Positions 39,801 to 51,239 of a stretch of 64,000 bases of DNA are shown here, in pieces. Numbering within the stretch: the first letter of the stretch is position 1; every line of letters starts with the position of its first letter. This stretch comes from Lytechinus pictus (Eukaryota): assembly GCF_037042905.1 (NCBI RefSeq), contig NC_087251.1, positions 19,346,001 to 19,410,000 of the forward strand, written 5' to 3'. The position numbers and the translations under genes were made by a program. The notes beneath the pieces are model-generated. The model was given only the letters and a program-made list of their open reading frames with translations. It did not search any database and had not been told where the DNA came from.

Positions 39801-42303
39801 AGTTAATCCTTCTGAGGTTGTTGGTCCTGAGAGAACTTTGTTTTTATTCTGGTGAAAAATAACATTAAAACTGCATGGGCAATCTGTAGTCAGAGGGATC
39901 TACCTATCCGGGTAATGAAACACAGTTTCCATGTCACCTGTTAATTTGATAAAGATGTGGGTCAGAACCACTCAGAGATGCTACGAAGGCCCCTACATGA
40001 TTATGATCAAATCCTTTGTTTTCAAGGACAGGATCGATTCTACAAAGTTTCGACAAGATAGCAGCATGACGTCAAAGGAAAAGGACCGACTTCCTTGGAC
40101 TCAAAACACAATGGAATGGTGGGAGAAAATGTGCTCCCTCATTGTCTCTTCCCAATCTCTAGATATAACCAAGAATTAAGGTTTGGGTAATTTTCAACTA
40201 CTCCTTTAAAATCCTACCCAAAACTGGATCAGATCTACCTCGTATGGTTAAATGGTTCAATATTGATGATCAAACTGAAATTAATTTGTGTTAGAGAACA
40301 AGTGGAATACCTGCTGATCTTAAGTTTTAATTTCTTCATTTACATGATGTGAGGTATGGTTATGTTGTTGTGCCATCTAAGACATTAAATCAATATGTTA
40401 ATGAATGCTTGTACTTGTAATTACCTTATGAAGCACTTACAAATTTGGGATTCATAAAAACTTGGGAGTCAATGGGTTAACAAAGAACTTTCACAAGGTA
40501 AAAACAGCCTTATAGATGAATAAATTAGCACTTCCTGCTCACCGACTCAAAACAATAACCATAAGCATGCAAACCTGCTGGATTACAATACATGTCAACG
40601 CAGTGGACGTTGCACGGTCCTTTAATTAAGTGCCCATACATCTGATAAGCAAGGGGTGCACCCTAAAATTCTGTCATCCACAATCATTTTCTCCTCCGAA
40701 TTCTCCTGATAGCCCTGCCAGGTCTGACACGAAAGCAAGCAGGATATTTGGCATGACGTGAGCCAACATTCCGACTTCCGCAGACCCTTCCGACTCACCG
40801 AGCCCTCATGTCGTTTGTGGGTTTAATCATTGCAACATACGTGGATTTATAAGAGCACTGTGTAGCCAACGAAAGGTGATATTTGCGGGGGTCACTGGAT
40901 AACAGTTGTAAAATCTATATTTACATGTTTGTGTGTGGAGAATCACATGGCTCGGCTGCCATTTTGTAACAGATACATTATGTGTAAAATATGCAACGTG
41001 GTTCCAGATTACACTGTCAAGAATGGGATGATTATCGCCTCACGCAAATAAGCTGATAGTTGGTGTGTCAACAAAAGCGATGTTCTTACTTCTGTAACTT
41101 TCACCATAACAGATGATATTCTATTTGTTCCTGAATTCATATCATTTTGGTATTGAATGAGTTATGAAGAATAAAGTTCCTGATGTATTGAAAGGGCAAA
41201 GGACTAACTCAGAGATTTGAACTTTAGAAAATACTTTTAATACTTATTAATAATTTAAGATATTGTAGTCTTGTTCTAAGCCTTGAGTAATCTCACCTCC
41301 ATATCCATCGTCCTTAAGCCTGTCTCACAATATGTATTAATTTTGCTAACGAGTTATGATACTGCATTGTTGTTAAGGATGTTTAACGATATCTATTTAT
41401 AGTACAAGTACAATTATTTTGAATTTATATAATTAACAGCTGTATGAATATGACTATCAAGAATGCAAAGTGCTATTGCCCTTCTATTTCTAGAAAATGA
41501 CAAAATGTTGGGAATCGCAGTGATATCACACCAAATACAGCTAGGCTGACTTGAATGCTGATCATTAATGATATTTATATTCAGATGACCATTCTGGACC
41601 ATGTTAAAATACAATTTCCATTTTTCAAATCCAGTCTTATTGCAGATTTATATCAATCACACAGTGTTAAGCAGTCTTTAGTAGCTTTGTCACATTGTAT
41701 GTTACTTCTGCACTATAATATTTTAGCACCATAAAGGCAATATTTTCTTTAAAATCTTGAATATAAATCTTGGAACTGAAAGGGTTAACAGGTGTAATCC
41801 ATACAGTATATGTGTCTCCTAGGAAGGAGACCATGGTGATAGCCAGGAAGTGGAAGACCAAAAGGTCGTAAGTACATCCACGTGACTGAGTACCTTATGA
41901 CACCATCTAGGACAACACATTCACCCAGTGGGAGTGAAGGAATTTGCGAAGGTATACAAATAGTATAAGACCTTGCTGTGGATTAACCTTGGCACTGCTA
42001 TAGTTACTTAGGAATCTTCATCATTAAGACAGGAAGATATTAAATAATGTGTTCAAGAGATCAAGCAAAAGTAACTTTAAAATCATGTCTCTCATCTGTT
42101 GATGAAGAAACTTCAGGAATTGAGGGAAGGCAAACCCACATGGTTTCATCTTTGCAGAAGTGTATAAATTGTGTTTTATTTTAGTATTAATTCATCCACT
42201 CATGTCTATGATTTATAACTTCATAAACTGATTGTTTTCCAATGCATAATTAATGTCATACTTACTTATATTTGTAAAACTGATCATCAATGTTAAGACT
42301 CAG

Positions 42304-42668
42304 TGGCCCATATTCTGAAGTCAGGTTTCATTAAGAACATGGTCTAACCAGTGCTTATGTTATGTGAAGCTGAAAATATCAATATTTTGTTTACAATGTA
42401 TCTTTCTTATCTTCCTTGCATTCATCATCCCGGGATAGCTTTGAAGCTACTGAAAGGGATAAATAACTCTTCAAGGTTCAAGATTCCCCATGTCTTTACA
42501 GTGAAGAAAACTGCTATTCCCACATAGTTGTGAATGATTGGAGTGCAAAACAGAGTGATGAATTAAACCTATATATTCTTAGGGACTTGTGTCACATTTG
42601 GCTTTCCATAGTTATACCACAGCCTTAGACCAGGGTTTAATATAAACATGAGTTCAGAATATGGGCCA
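42304..42668. mobile_element. MITE, PIF/Harbinger-like
   Basis: Perfect 16-bp TIR TGGCCCATATTCTGAA ... TTCAGAATATGGGCCA with weaker subterminal inverted similarity (ggtctaa/ttagacc). TSD not evident. Confidence 0.75.
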
Positions 42669-45209
42669 ATCAATGTAGATATCCATGTTTAAGTTGGGCA
42701 CCTAGACCATTATTAAATGGCAGATACCATGCCATGTGTAGGTGTTATCTTCAGCAAAAAGGCAGACTTTCCCATCAGAAATGCAACATACGGTGAAACC
42801 TATGCAGCTTGATGGTAAATGGTAAACACAATTCAAAGGTAATCACACTCAATATATATCACCTAATCGGTAGACATGGTATCAAACCAGACTTTGCTGG
42901 GCTCTATACCCTCTTGCCGCCAGGAGCAGTCCTTGATTGGTTGCCTGCCGTATTCAATGCTGGTAAATTCATGGATTCACATCCTGCCAGGAGATCATTT
43001 ATACACCCGGATTGAGAGAAGCAATGCAGATAAAGTGGTGCTTTGTTGAAGAACCAAATGCAAGCATAAAAATTATTGATGATAATTTCTGACAACTTGC
43101 ATAGAGATCAAAGAGACACTCTGCCACTGCACCTTTTGCCCAGACTTAAAAACCCAAATAAAAAACCTAAATAATCTCATATTTTTTTAAGAAAGCCATA
43201 GGGCTAAGAATATGCCAAATTTCAATTATGAACTTTAAAAAATTCACAAATCTCTTTTAAATGATAGCTTTCCTTAAACCAAGTATTAGTTCTGCTAATG
43301 ACTAACAATATTGCATCGTTGTCAATCTCCAGTGCTAAATGGGAAAACCTTGTTTTAGAGTGTACAAGAAGTTCTGTCAGATCTTAAAAGAATCACTTGA
43401 ACATGGATTTTTTTACCATTATCTCTTGGATAGTTTACTAACTTTCTAATTCTAACAGTAGAATTTGGAGAGAGAAACACCTTGATTTATCTTCTGCACA
43501 TTTTTGTTGCCAATAAGTTCATTAAAATGCACGTTCATGCACGTTTTTTGAAGTTAATTAAAGTATGCTCTACTTTAACAAAATCAGGAAATCTCTAGTT
43601 TAATTAGCAGGCAAGAATATCCCATATTTTTTAATATATTAGGTAGCTTATGTATACATCGAACATGCTGAACTATACAATTATTGCACTCTTTTCTTGC
43701 TTTTAATATGAACAGTCATTGAAAGGGGACATAAAATTGTGTTCTGGATGTTTGAAAAAAAAATCTTGCAACATTAAATGGAATAAATATGCCAACAAAA
43801 AACACTCCATAAGAACAAAGATACTTTGCTTGCAATTCCTCTAAGCTCCAGTGTACAATGATCCATCCTAACGTTTTACTACTGAGGATACCAGCGACCT
43901 GTAACACAAAACTTAGCAATTATCATAGAACATTCTTTTTTACCATTTATTACATTGTCTAGAGTGTACCATTAACCATGAAAATCAAGCGTACGATTAA
44001 TCGCTAACCTTTATGCTACAGGGATCCCAGAATAATGTTCGGCCGAGAGGATTTTGTTACCTAATCCGACACATTTTACATGAATATTCTGTCTGCAATT
44101 AGGAAATATGCTCATTATTGAAATATTATTTCAGTCTCCATTGTTCCAACATGATTATAATTCAAGGGTTACTCATTCATCTGTTATGTTTCATTCCCTG
44201 TATACAAAGTATAGAGGTAGGAGTTGCAACAGAAGGTCACGATACAAAGACATTTTACTACTGTTGACTAGAAAAGAATAAGACAAAGATGGGGTTGTAA
44301 TTAATAAAGAATAGAGAGAGAGAGAGAGAGGGGAGGCAGGAAGAGAGAGGAAGATGGCTAATGAAAGAGACGTAAATGAATAAGTGAGAGACAGAAGGTG
44401 GCTGGGGTTACATTGGAAGAGAGTAAATAATTGATTTGAAATGGAATCCTCCTAGGAAAGAAAGAGAGAATATTTAGAAGAACATATCAAACAAATTTGG
44501 AATGTAAAGAGGATTAGAGCGAGAAAGAGAGAAAGTGATCAAGGGGGAGGGGAAGGGGTGGAAAGAGGGAGAGTGTACACAAACTGAGTGTGGGTAAAGA
44601 AAAAGAAAGCACCCTCCATGAAAAGGAGAAAGTAAAACCCAGGTGTAGATACAATGGGGTAAACCAGCTACTAAGGAGCAGAGAGGCTGGCTATACCCGA
44701 TCCTCCTAGTCCTGTCTTTGAGGCAAAAATTAAACACAACCACTGGGGCAAAGAGGTGCAAGCGTTCTGGGACACACACTTAGTGACACCTGACAAAAAC
44801 ACAAGTACATTTGACCAGCTTTCTCTAAGAGGCTTCCTCCCCGAGCCCTTTTCAAGGGTTTGGGATCAGAAAGCGGGCCTTTGTTAGATCAGTCTTGTCA
44901 AATGGGTTCTCTTTCCCTAACTTATTCTTGGTACGGAATAAAGGAATGCAAGGCTATCATATGAGGCTATAGATGAGTCATTTTTGCATGTATTTTGTGG
45001 ATGGTTAACAGAAAGTGGCTCTAGTTTGGACGAGTAGATGGATATAAAAAAGAATTTTGCAAGTGCTTGTTTGGATATGTAATTATCTACAAAAATTAGG
45101 ATCTAATAAAAAAAATTGAATGATATTTCTAAAAAAAATCATTTGAATTTATCATGAGTTTTAAGTACCATCATGCAGTGCAAATTACCTGATGAACCAT
45201 TTAGACCAG

Positions 45210-45999
45210 GGGCGGTATTCTGAGGTCATTTTATCTTTAAAATATTTTATTTTATCTCTTAAAATGAAATTGGTATTCTGAGATGACATTTTATCTCTCA
45301 GATAAAATTTAAAGTTTTATCTTGCGTATAAATGTTATCTTGCGTATCTATGATGATACGCAACAGAGCAGTGGCTGCGTAGACATACGCATCGCGCATC
45401 TGGCCATTGCAACGCGGGTGATGTGCTTGCGCCCAAGTTACTTTGAAGAAAGAATAAAATAAACTTAAAAGAGGGTAGGGGCTATTTTATCTCCGCTATG
45501 TTGATTCGTCAATATTTCTAGGTGAATTAACTCCAAATTTTGACATGAAAATGAAGAAAAATTATATATTCATTGAGAACAACACCTTAACGTTATTCCT
45601 GTACAATCAGGAAGTATTTCATAAGACTTTCATTGTCTTTGAGAAGATGCGATGACTTCGAAATAAAAACGAGAGTATTGTCATTTTAGTTAAAAAGAAA
45701 TCTCTGTAAAGACGCGCAAGCGTATTTGAAGTCAATAATTTGACGCAATCTCACTCCTTTGCCATACCTCCTAGCGGAATGGATTTCCATTGGTTGAGTG
45801 ATATGAGAGAGCTATAAAAGCGCGTTTCTAATTGGATACTGATTAAAAAATAGGTGTGTCTTACAGAGATAAAATGAAGATAAAATTGTTCTCAGAATAC
45901 CAATTCGGAGAGATTTTAAGGGTATTTTATCTCACTGATATTAACGGAGATAAAATATTTTATTTTATCTGAAATAAAATGGATCTCAGAATACCACCC
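45210..45999. mobile_element. PIF/Harbinger-type MITE (790 bp) with CAG target-site duplication
   Basis: CAG|GGGCGGTATTCTGAG ... CTCAGAATACCACCC|CAG. Second inner inverted pair TTGGTATTCTGAGA / TCTCAGAATACCAA. Many subterminal TTTTATCT/AGATAAAA motifs. No ORF. Confidence 0.88.
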
Positions 46000-46185
46000 C
46001 AGCACTTTTTAACATCTAATAAAGTGTAACAGATATATTAGTGCCTGCATGTTATTTGCAATTTAAATTTTTTTCAAGGGACAGCCCCAGTTCACATGAA
46101 TTATGCATGAATCAAACAGTTAATGAAAATACAAATATTTTCTTACTTATGGTGTGTAAGTGTACCATCATCCCCCTCCCAGATT

Positions 46186-46251
46186 CCAGAATGCATGCAT
46201 GAATATCGCATTGTATTACCAGAATGCATGCATGAATATCGCATTGTATTA
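46186..46251. repeat. Perfect 33-bp tandem duplication
   Basis: CCAGAATGCATGCATGAATATCGCATTGTATTA x2 (46186, 46219). Confidence 0.95.
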
Positions 46252-47015
46252 CAATGCTTAATTTTATGTTATATTTCACTGAAGCAAAACATAAGCTACC
46301 CTAGGACTATTTCGTGCCCAAATTTACCATAAGAATCATTTAGCTTATATCTCACCGCACCTGTGGGTAATATTCATGTGCACCATTATCTAAGGTAGAT
46401 GTAAACATACTAGTAATAATGTTGTGAACATAGGCTTAACCTGAACCAATGTTTTTAATCACTGGTCTACAGGCTGTTTGAGACTTCAAAATGTGAATAT
46501 CAGGCGCGGCTCGGAGGGGGGGGGGGGGGAGGGGTGGAATGTGCGGGTGTGCCACAAAAAAAAATTGAAATCTTATGGTGTAACATGTAGAATGCATTAA
46601 TTGCGCACCCAGTAAAATCAGTGATGGCCTTTTATTTTATTTTATTTGCTTGTCAAACTTTGCTGGCAAATTTGCATCTCAATGTTTGACTGTGGCCATT
46701 TAAGTCTAGTTTGGGAAAGTTTGGGTACCAACAATGTTAATAAACCAGACATCTTCTTTCTGAGATATGTGGCACATTTGAATTAAGGTGCCCATACGGA
46801 ATGCAAAGTCCTGTGTATAAGTTCAGCATCTCAGAGAGCCCATATTACATCTCTGTGACCTTGGGCTGTTTCATAAAAGTATGATGTAAGATAAGTATAG
46901 GTTACACGTAAACTCATAGTTTCATGTTGTACATCACAGCATTGGTCAGATTGCAATCAGGGGATGCAAGCTATACTGCATTGGCACTCATGCATGACTT
47001 TAGGTCACACACCCA

Positions 47016-47471
47016 ACCGTTTGTAAAACAGCATCACAGGTCATTCCAATAAGGCATACAATATTGGGAGATTAAGTAAAGCATTCTTTCTAGAATTTAA
47101 GTAATTGTTGAAGGAACGTCGTGACCAACTTGATCTATATAGGCCTATAAAGTTTTTGTACTTCTTTTCCATCGTTAGTATACCTTTACAAGAATCAAAT
47201 AAGGATCGCAAAACTACACAATCCTAAGGGGTTTACCCTACCTACCGTTTGTAAAACAGCATCACAGGTCATTCCAATAAGGCATACAATATTGGGAGAT
47301 TAAGTAAAGCATTCTTTCTAGAATTTAAGTAATTGTTGAAGGAACGTCGTGACCAACTTGATCTATATAGGCCTATATAGTTTTTGTACTTCTTTTCCAT
47401 CGTTAGTATACCTTTACAAGAATCAAATAAGGATCGCAAAACTACACAATCCTAAGGGGTTTACCCTACCT
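47016..47471. repeat. Near-perfect 228-bp tandem duplication
   Basis: Copy 1 47016-47243, copy 2 47244-47471. One difference seen by eye (ggcctataAag vs ggcctataTag). Confidence 0.95.
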
Positions 47472-48513
47472 AAACTCACCCTTTCCGTCTCTTACAAACA
47501 AACATTCTATGTTATATCTGCCTATAAACTCTGGTAGATGACAATGTTGGTAAAATCACTCTACGAATAGGTGTAATTATTGTTAATCACTTCATGGTCA
47601 ATAGTGGTGTGAAGGACGTTATATGTTGTTTATCTGTGCATGTGTACTTTGGTGTGATAATGACGATATGGACTGTCCTTAAATTGCCACCTGGCTGGAC
47701 ATCTGCCCAGATTCCATGGTCAAAGGTTTACAGTGCACAGCACCGGCTAGTTCTTGTTATATTGTTAAGTTGTCACATCCACTTTGTGAATAAAGATGCT
47801 TGTCTTTATCGGTCAGTCAAACTATAAGGGCAACTTATCAATATAGGTATGAAATGTGTATACAGGCAGAAAGGGAAATGTAGAATATAACATACATTTC
47901 AAAATTGATATGAGCTTTGTAGGTATACCTTATGTATACCTTCCTCATAAAAAAATACAGCAAACTTTTCATAAATCTGGGTTTTATAATGGTGTGATAA
48001 AATTTGCATGCTTTTAAAACCAAATTACTTTGTGAAAACCTACAGAGAAAGTTATGAGCTACCTTGACCCATTGAATACTCAATTGCTACATGCTGTATA
48101 CAACTATTTTGGCTCCTGTACATAATAGGTTATAGGAGTATTGACTGACTAGTAAGTAGCAAGAGTTTGGATGACTTAAAGCTCAAGTCATGGTCTCAAT
48201 AAGCAGTTTGTCTTTTCCACATTCATTGGCACAGTATGCCACCAATCAGGCCATGAATTAAAACAAGTTTCTTTTAAACTTTGTTTCACATTTAATTTAA
48301 ATATTCACTGGAATCTGACATCACTCTTTAAAGTTTATGATTCTACTATAAGGCATTTTGTTACCACTCACAATCATTATGGTGTTGTGTGGACATCTGT
48401 CCACTTGTGCATAAATAGGGGTTTAACCTGAATTTTCTCTGTGCATAAAAATGTAATAGGGACCAGTGGAAATGAATGATCCCTAACAAACACTATAACC
48501 CATCTTTCATTAC

Positions 48514-48660
48514 AGTCAGTAATGGCCTGGTGGTAGCGCCACTGGGCTCAGAAGCAGTGGATGACAGGTTTTAAAATCTTGCTGGTTCCAAGATTTTTTT
48601 TCCTGAATAATTTCAAATCAAATATGGGATTTTATTTACAAGTAACAATCCAGGAATGTG
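48514..48660 (+). mobile_element. Possible ancient tRNA-SINE remnant
   Basis: TGGCCTGGTGGTAGCG (A-box-like) followed at tRNA-like spacing by AGGTTTTAAAATC (decayed B-box-like). Confidence 0.3.
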
Positions 48661-49850
48661 ATTTATATTTTGACAATGTTTTCACATCTAATGAAGATTT
48701 AATGACATTACCAAAAGACTAGAATTTACTTGATAATGACATTACATCTTACAAAGAGTTACAACAGATCCGATCAACCTCAATTCTATGGAAATCCATC
48801 ATCGTCATAATATTTTCTACAAGAAATTCGAATAATGTTCTTTGTAAACAAAGAGAAGCACACTGAATTTTCACGAAAACAATGACTATATGAATATACA
48901 TCATAATTAAGAAATATTTTGAACAAACATCCATAATAGATGTTGACGTTGCTGGCTTTCTATAGTTATGGTTGATTGGATCAATTGCATTTCTTTGTAA
49001 GATGGGGCCTAGGTGGTTTGTATGCTGTTAATAAGGAAAGGTACATGGACAGTGACCTATGTGAAATTATTAGTAAATCATTTTAACACAGATTTATTAA
49101 TTTTGTTTATTCTTAATGCATTTTCTTTCAAAAACTATTTGTTTATTAGTTCAATTGATCAGTCATAATTTTAAAGATATTTTTACAATTTTAACTTTTC
49201 CATTTATGAATCAATGCATTTGTTTCGTCTATTATTTGGTTATAAAAATTTATGTTTTTAATTCACTTTAATATTTTTTATTTATACATGTATTGTTGGA
49301 CTGTTAAATCATTGCCTCTGATGCCTGGCAGTGGCAGTGTATTTAAAAAATGCGATTATAATGTACAAAATTTGTAAAAAGGGACAGAAAAGACAAAGTA
49401 TGAGTATATTATACAAGCAATTTTATTTAAAATCATCTTGGCTTTCATCTTTTTTTTTTGGGGGGGGGGAGTTCATATTATCAATATTTCATTGTATTAA
49501 CCACATTAATTCCCACCATTCTAATATAATTTGTTACACAAAAAAAATACTTTACTTAACACAATGCAAAGTTATGAATTTCGATTTTGCAGATCAATCC
49601 CTTGAACAATATTATATCAGCACCCAAGAGATGTATTGGAAGTTCATGTATCTTGTATTTTTTTTTTCATTTTGATAAATACCTGTTTTGGTTCATGAAT
49701 CTTTCCTGTTTTCCAGTTCCTCTAGGTTTTCTGTATGTGAGTTTTTTTACTTTCATTTTTCATTCCTTTCAATGCCAGGCTGAAAATTAATAGATTGCTT
49801 AAAAGTATGATTTTTTCATTGTCTACAGATATTGTGTGATTTGTTCTCAC

Positions 49851-50276
49851 CTAGTATAGATTCTGTTTGTGTCTCCTTAGCCCGTGGAGAGGGGGCATCT
49901 CTGCTCTGACTCAGTGACGATGTTCTCTTGATGATAATCTTTGGTTTCTCAGCTCTCAGGATTTTCTCCAACGGACTCATCGTCGTCGTCGTTGGGTTGG
50001 TCGTCATGGCCACCATGACACCCTCGCTCTTCTCTTCCTCCTTCTCCTCCGCATCGTCTGTTTCCAGGGGTTGGCTGTCATCCTCCGGTTTGTTCGGTTC
50101 TGTTTTGGTCACCACCTCTTTCTCCTTCTTCCAGCACTTCCTTTTGTGTGTTATGAATTTGACAATGTCTGAAAGCATGAAGGTGGTTTCACAGTCCCCA
50201 CACTGCAGCAGGTCACAGTGGGGAGGGGGTTCATCTCCTTCCATCAATTCTTCACCATCTTCCCCGGCAGCTGGAA
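49851..50276 (-). CDS. BCL11: BCL11-family exon encoding the N-terminal CCHC zinc finger (ZF0) and acidic/Ser-rich linker
   Basis: Within ORF 49816-50337: DLLQCGDCETTFMLSDIVKFITHKRKC resembles BCL11A [28 protein letters not shown] (from memory). Acceptor ttttccacttttcag|TT at 50277/50276 and donor CTAG|GTGAGA at 49851/49850. 426 bp, phase 1 at both ends. Confidence 0.95.
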
Positions 50277-51106
50277 CTGAAAAGTGGAAAAGAAACAGAA
50301 ACGGTGTCTTTACATATATTCTTTGCAGAAGTCTCAAACTTTCTCATTTAAATTTTGCTTAAAAAAGGGAAAACAGCATCTTTATTTAGAGAATAAATAG
50401 GAAAACCATTGCTAAACAGTTTTAATGATAACATTTAGACTGGGAGGTATCTTCCATCTCATCAAATAACATTTGAATCTTAAAATGCAAGGATTAAAAC
50501 TGAATTTCATACAGATTTGTAAATGTTATATCCACTGTAAAGAACTTGTTAGTTTCTATAGGTATCTACATTTTATTTTTTTATTTTTTGTCAATTTCTA
50601 ATTTTATCTCCCTTTTTTTTATGGGGGGGGGGGGGGGTAGTAGACAGAATAAAATGTAGATGGAAGAAAGTATCTATAGGATTTCAAAAAAGCAGTTATG
50701 AATTTTTGATGAACATTCTACCTTGGAATGGAAAGGTTATTGACTTGTTGATATGTATGAAGGAATATCTCGGAAAGCTTTCTAACAAACTTTTGGAATT
50801 AGTCTTTACATCTAATTTAGACATGAATTATTGCAAGTCAACTGAAAGTAAAATCCATCTGTCTGATTCAAGTTTGGAAGCAATCCTCATCCTAGAGAAG
50901 GCTTCATTTCTGCACACATTATCCAATAGGAATACTTAATGTGGACGATAAAATTCTCGCTAGTACTGCTACTAATCCTACGGGCAGATAAACTGTAAGT
51001 GATGGTATACCTCGCCTAGGTATGCAGTGGAAAAGCCACTGCCTTCAAAAGCTTAGATCACATTTGTTGCCAATATTTATTCATGAGAGAGATTCAGAGG
51101 CTATCT

Positions 51107-51239
51107 CAGACCACATATCACAAAGATTAGTGATTGATCGTAAAATTGAATCATATGATTGACAGAACATTAGAATCAATATAATCAATCATAAAATTAT
51201 ATCTACAATCATGTACTAAGCTCTGTGTTACCTGGCCCC
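51107..51239. mobile_element. Degraded ~130-bp Harbinger-like MITE
   Basis: TATCACAAAGATTAGT vs reverse complement of the right end TAACACAGAGCTTAGT (13/16); right end ...GGCCCC. Confidence 0.4.

Larger units (their letters stand above)
602..49850 (-). other. 49,249-bp phase-1 intron of BCL11 (may hide unrecognised alternative exons)
   Basis: Donor CTAG|GTGAGA at 49851/49850 and acceptor TTGCAG|AT at 602/601. Joining gives in-frame ...ESIL-D-PHAAEKYIC... Confidence 0.8.

Noticed and set aside
49928..50362. 144-aa plus-strand ORF
   Set aside because: Antisense shadow of the BCL11 exon.
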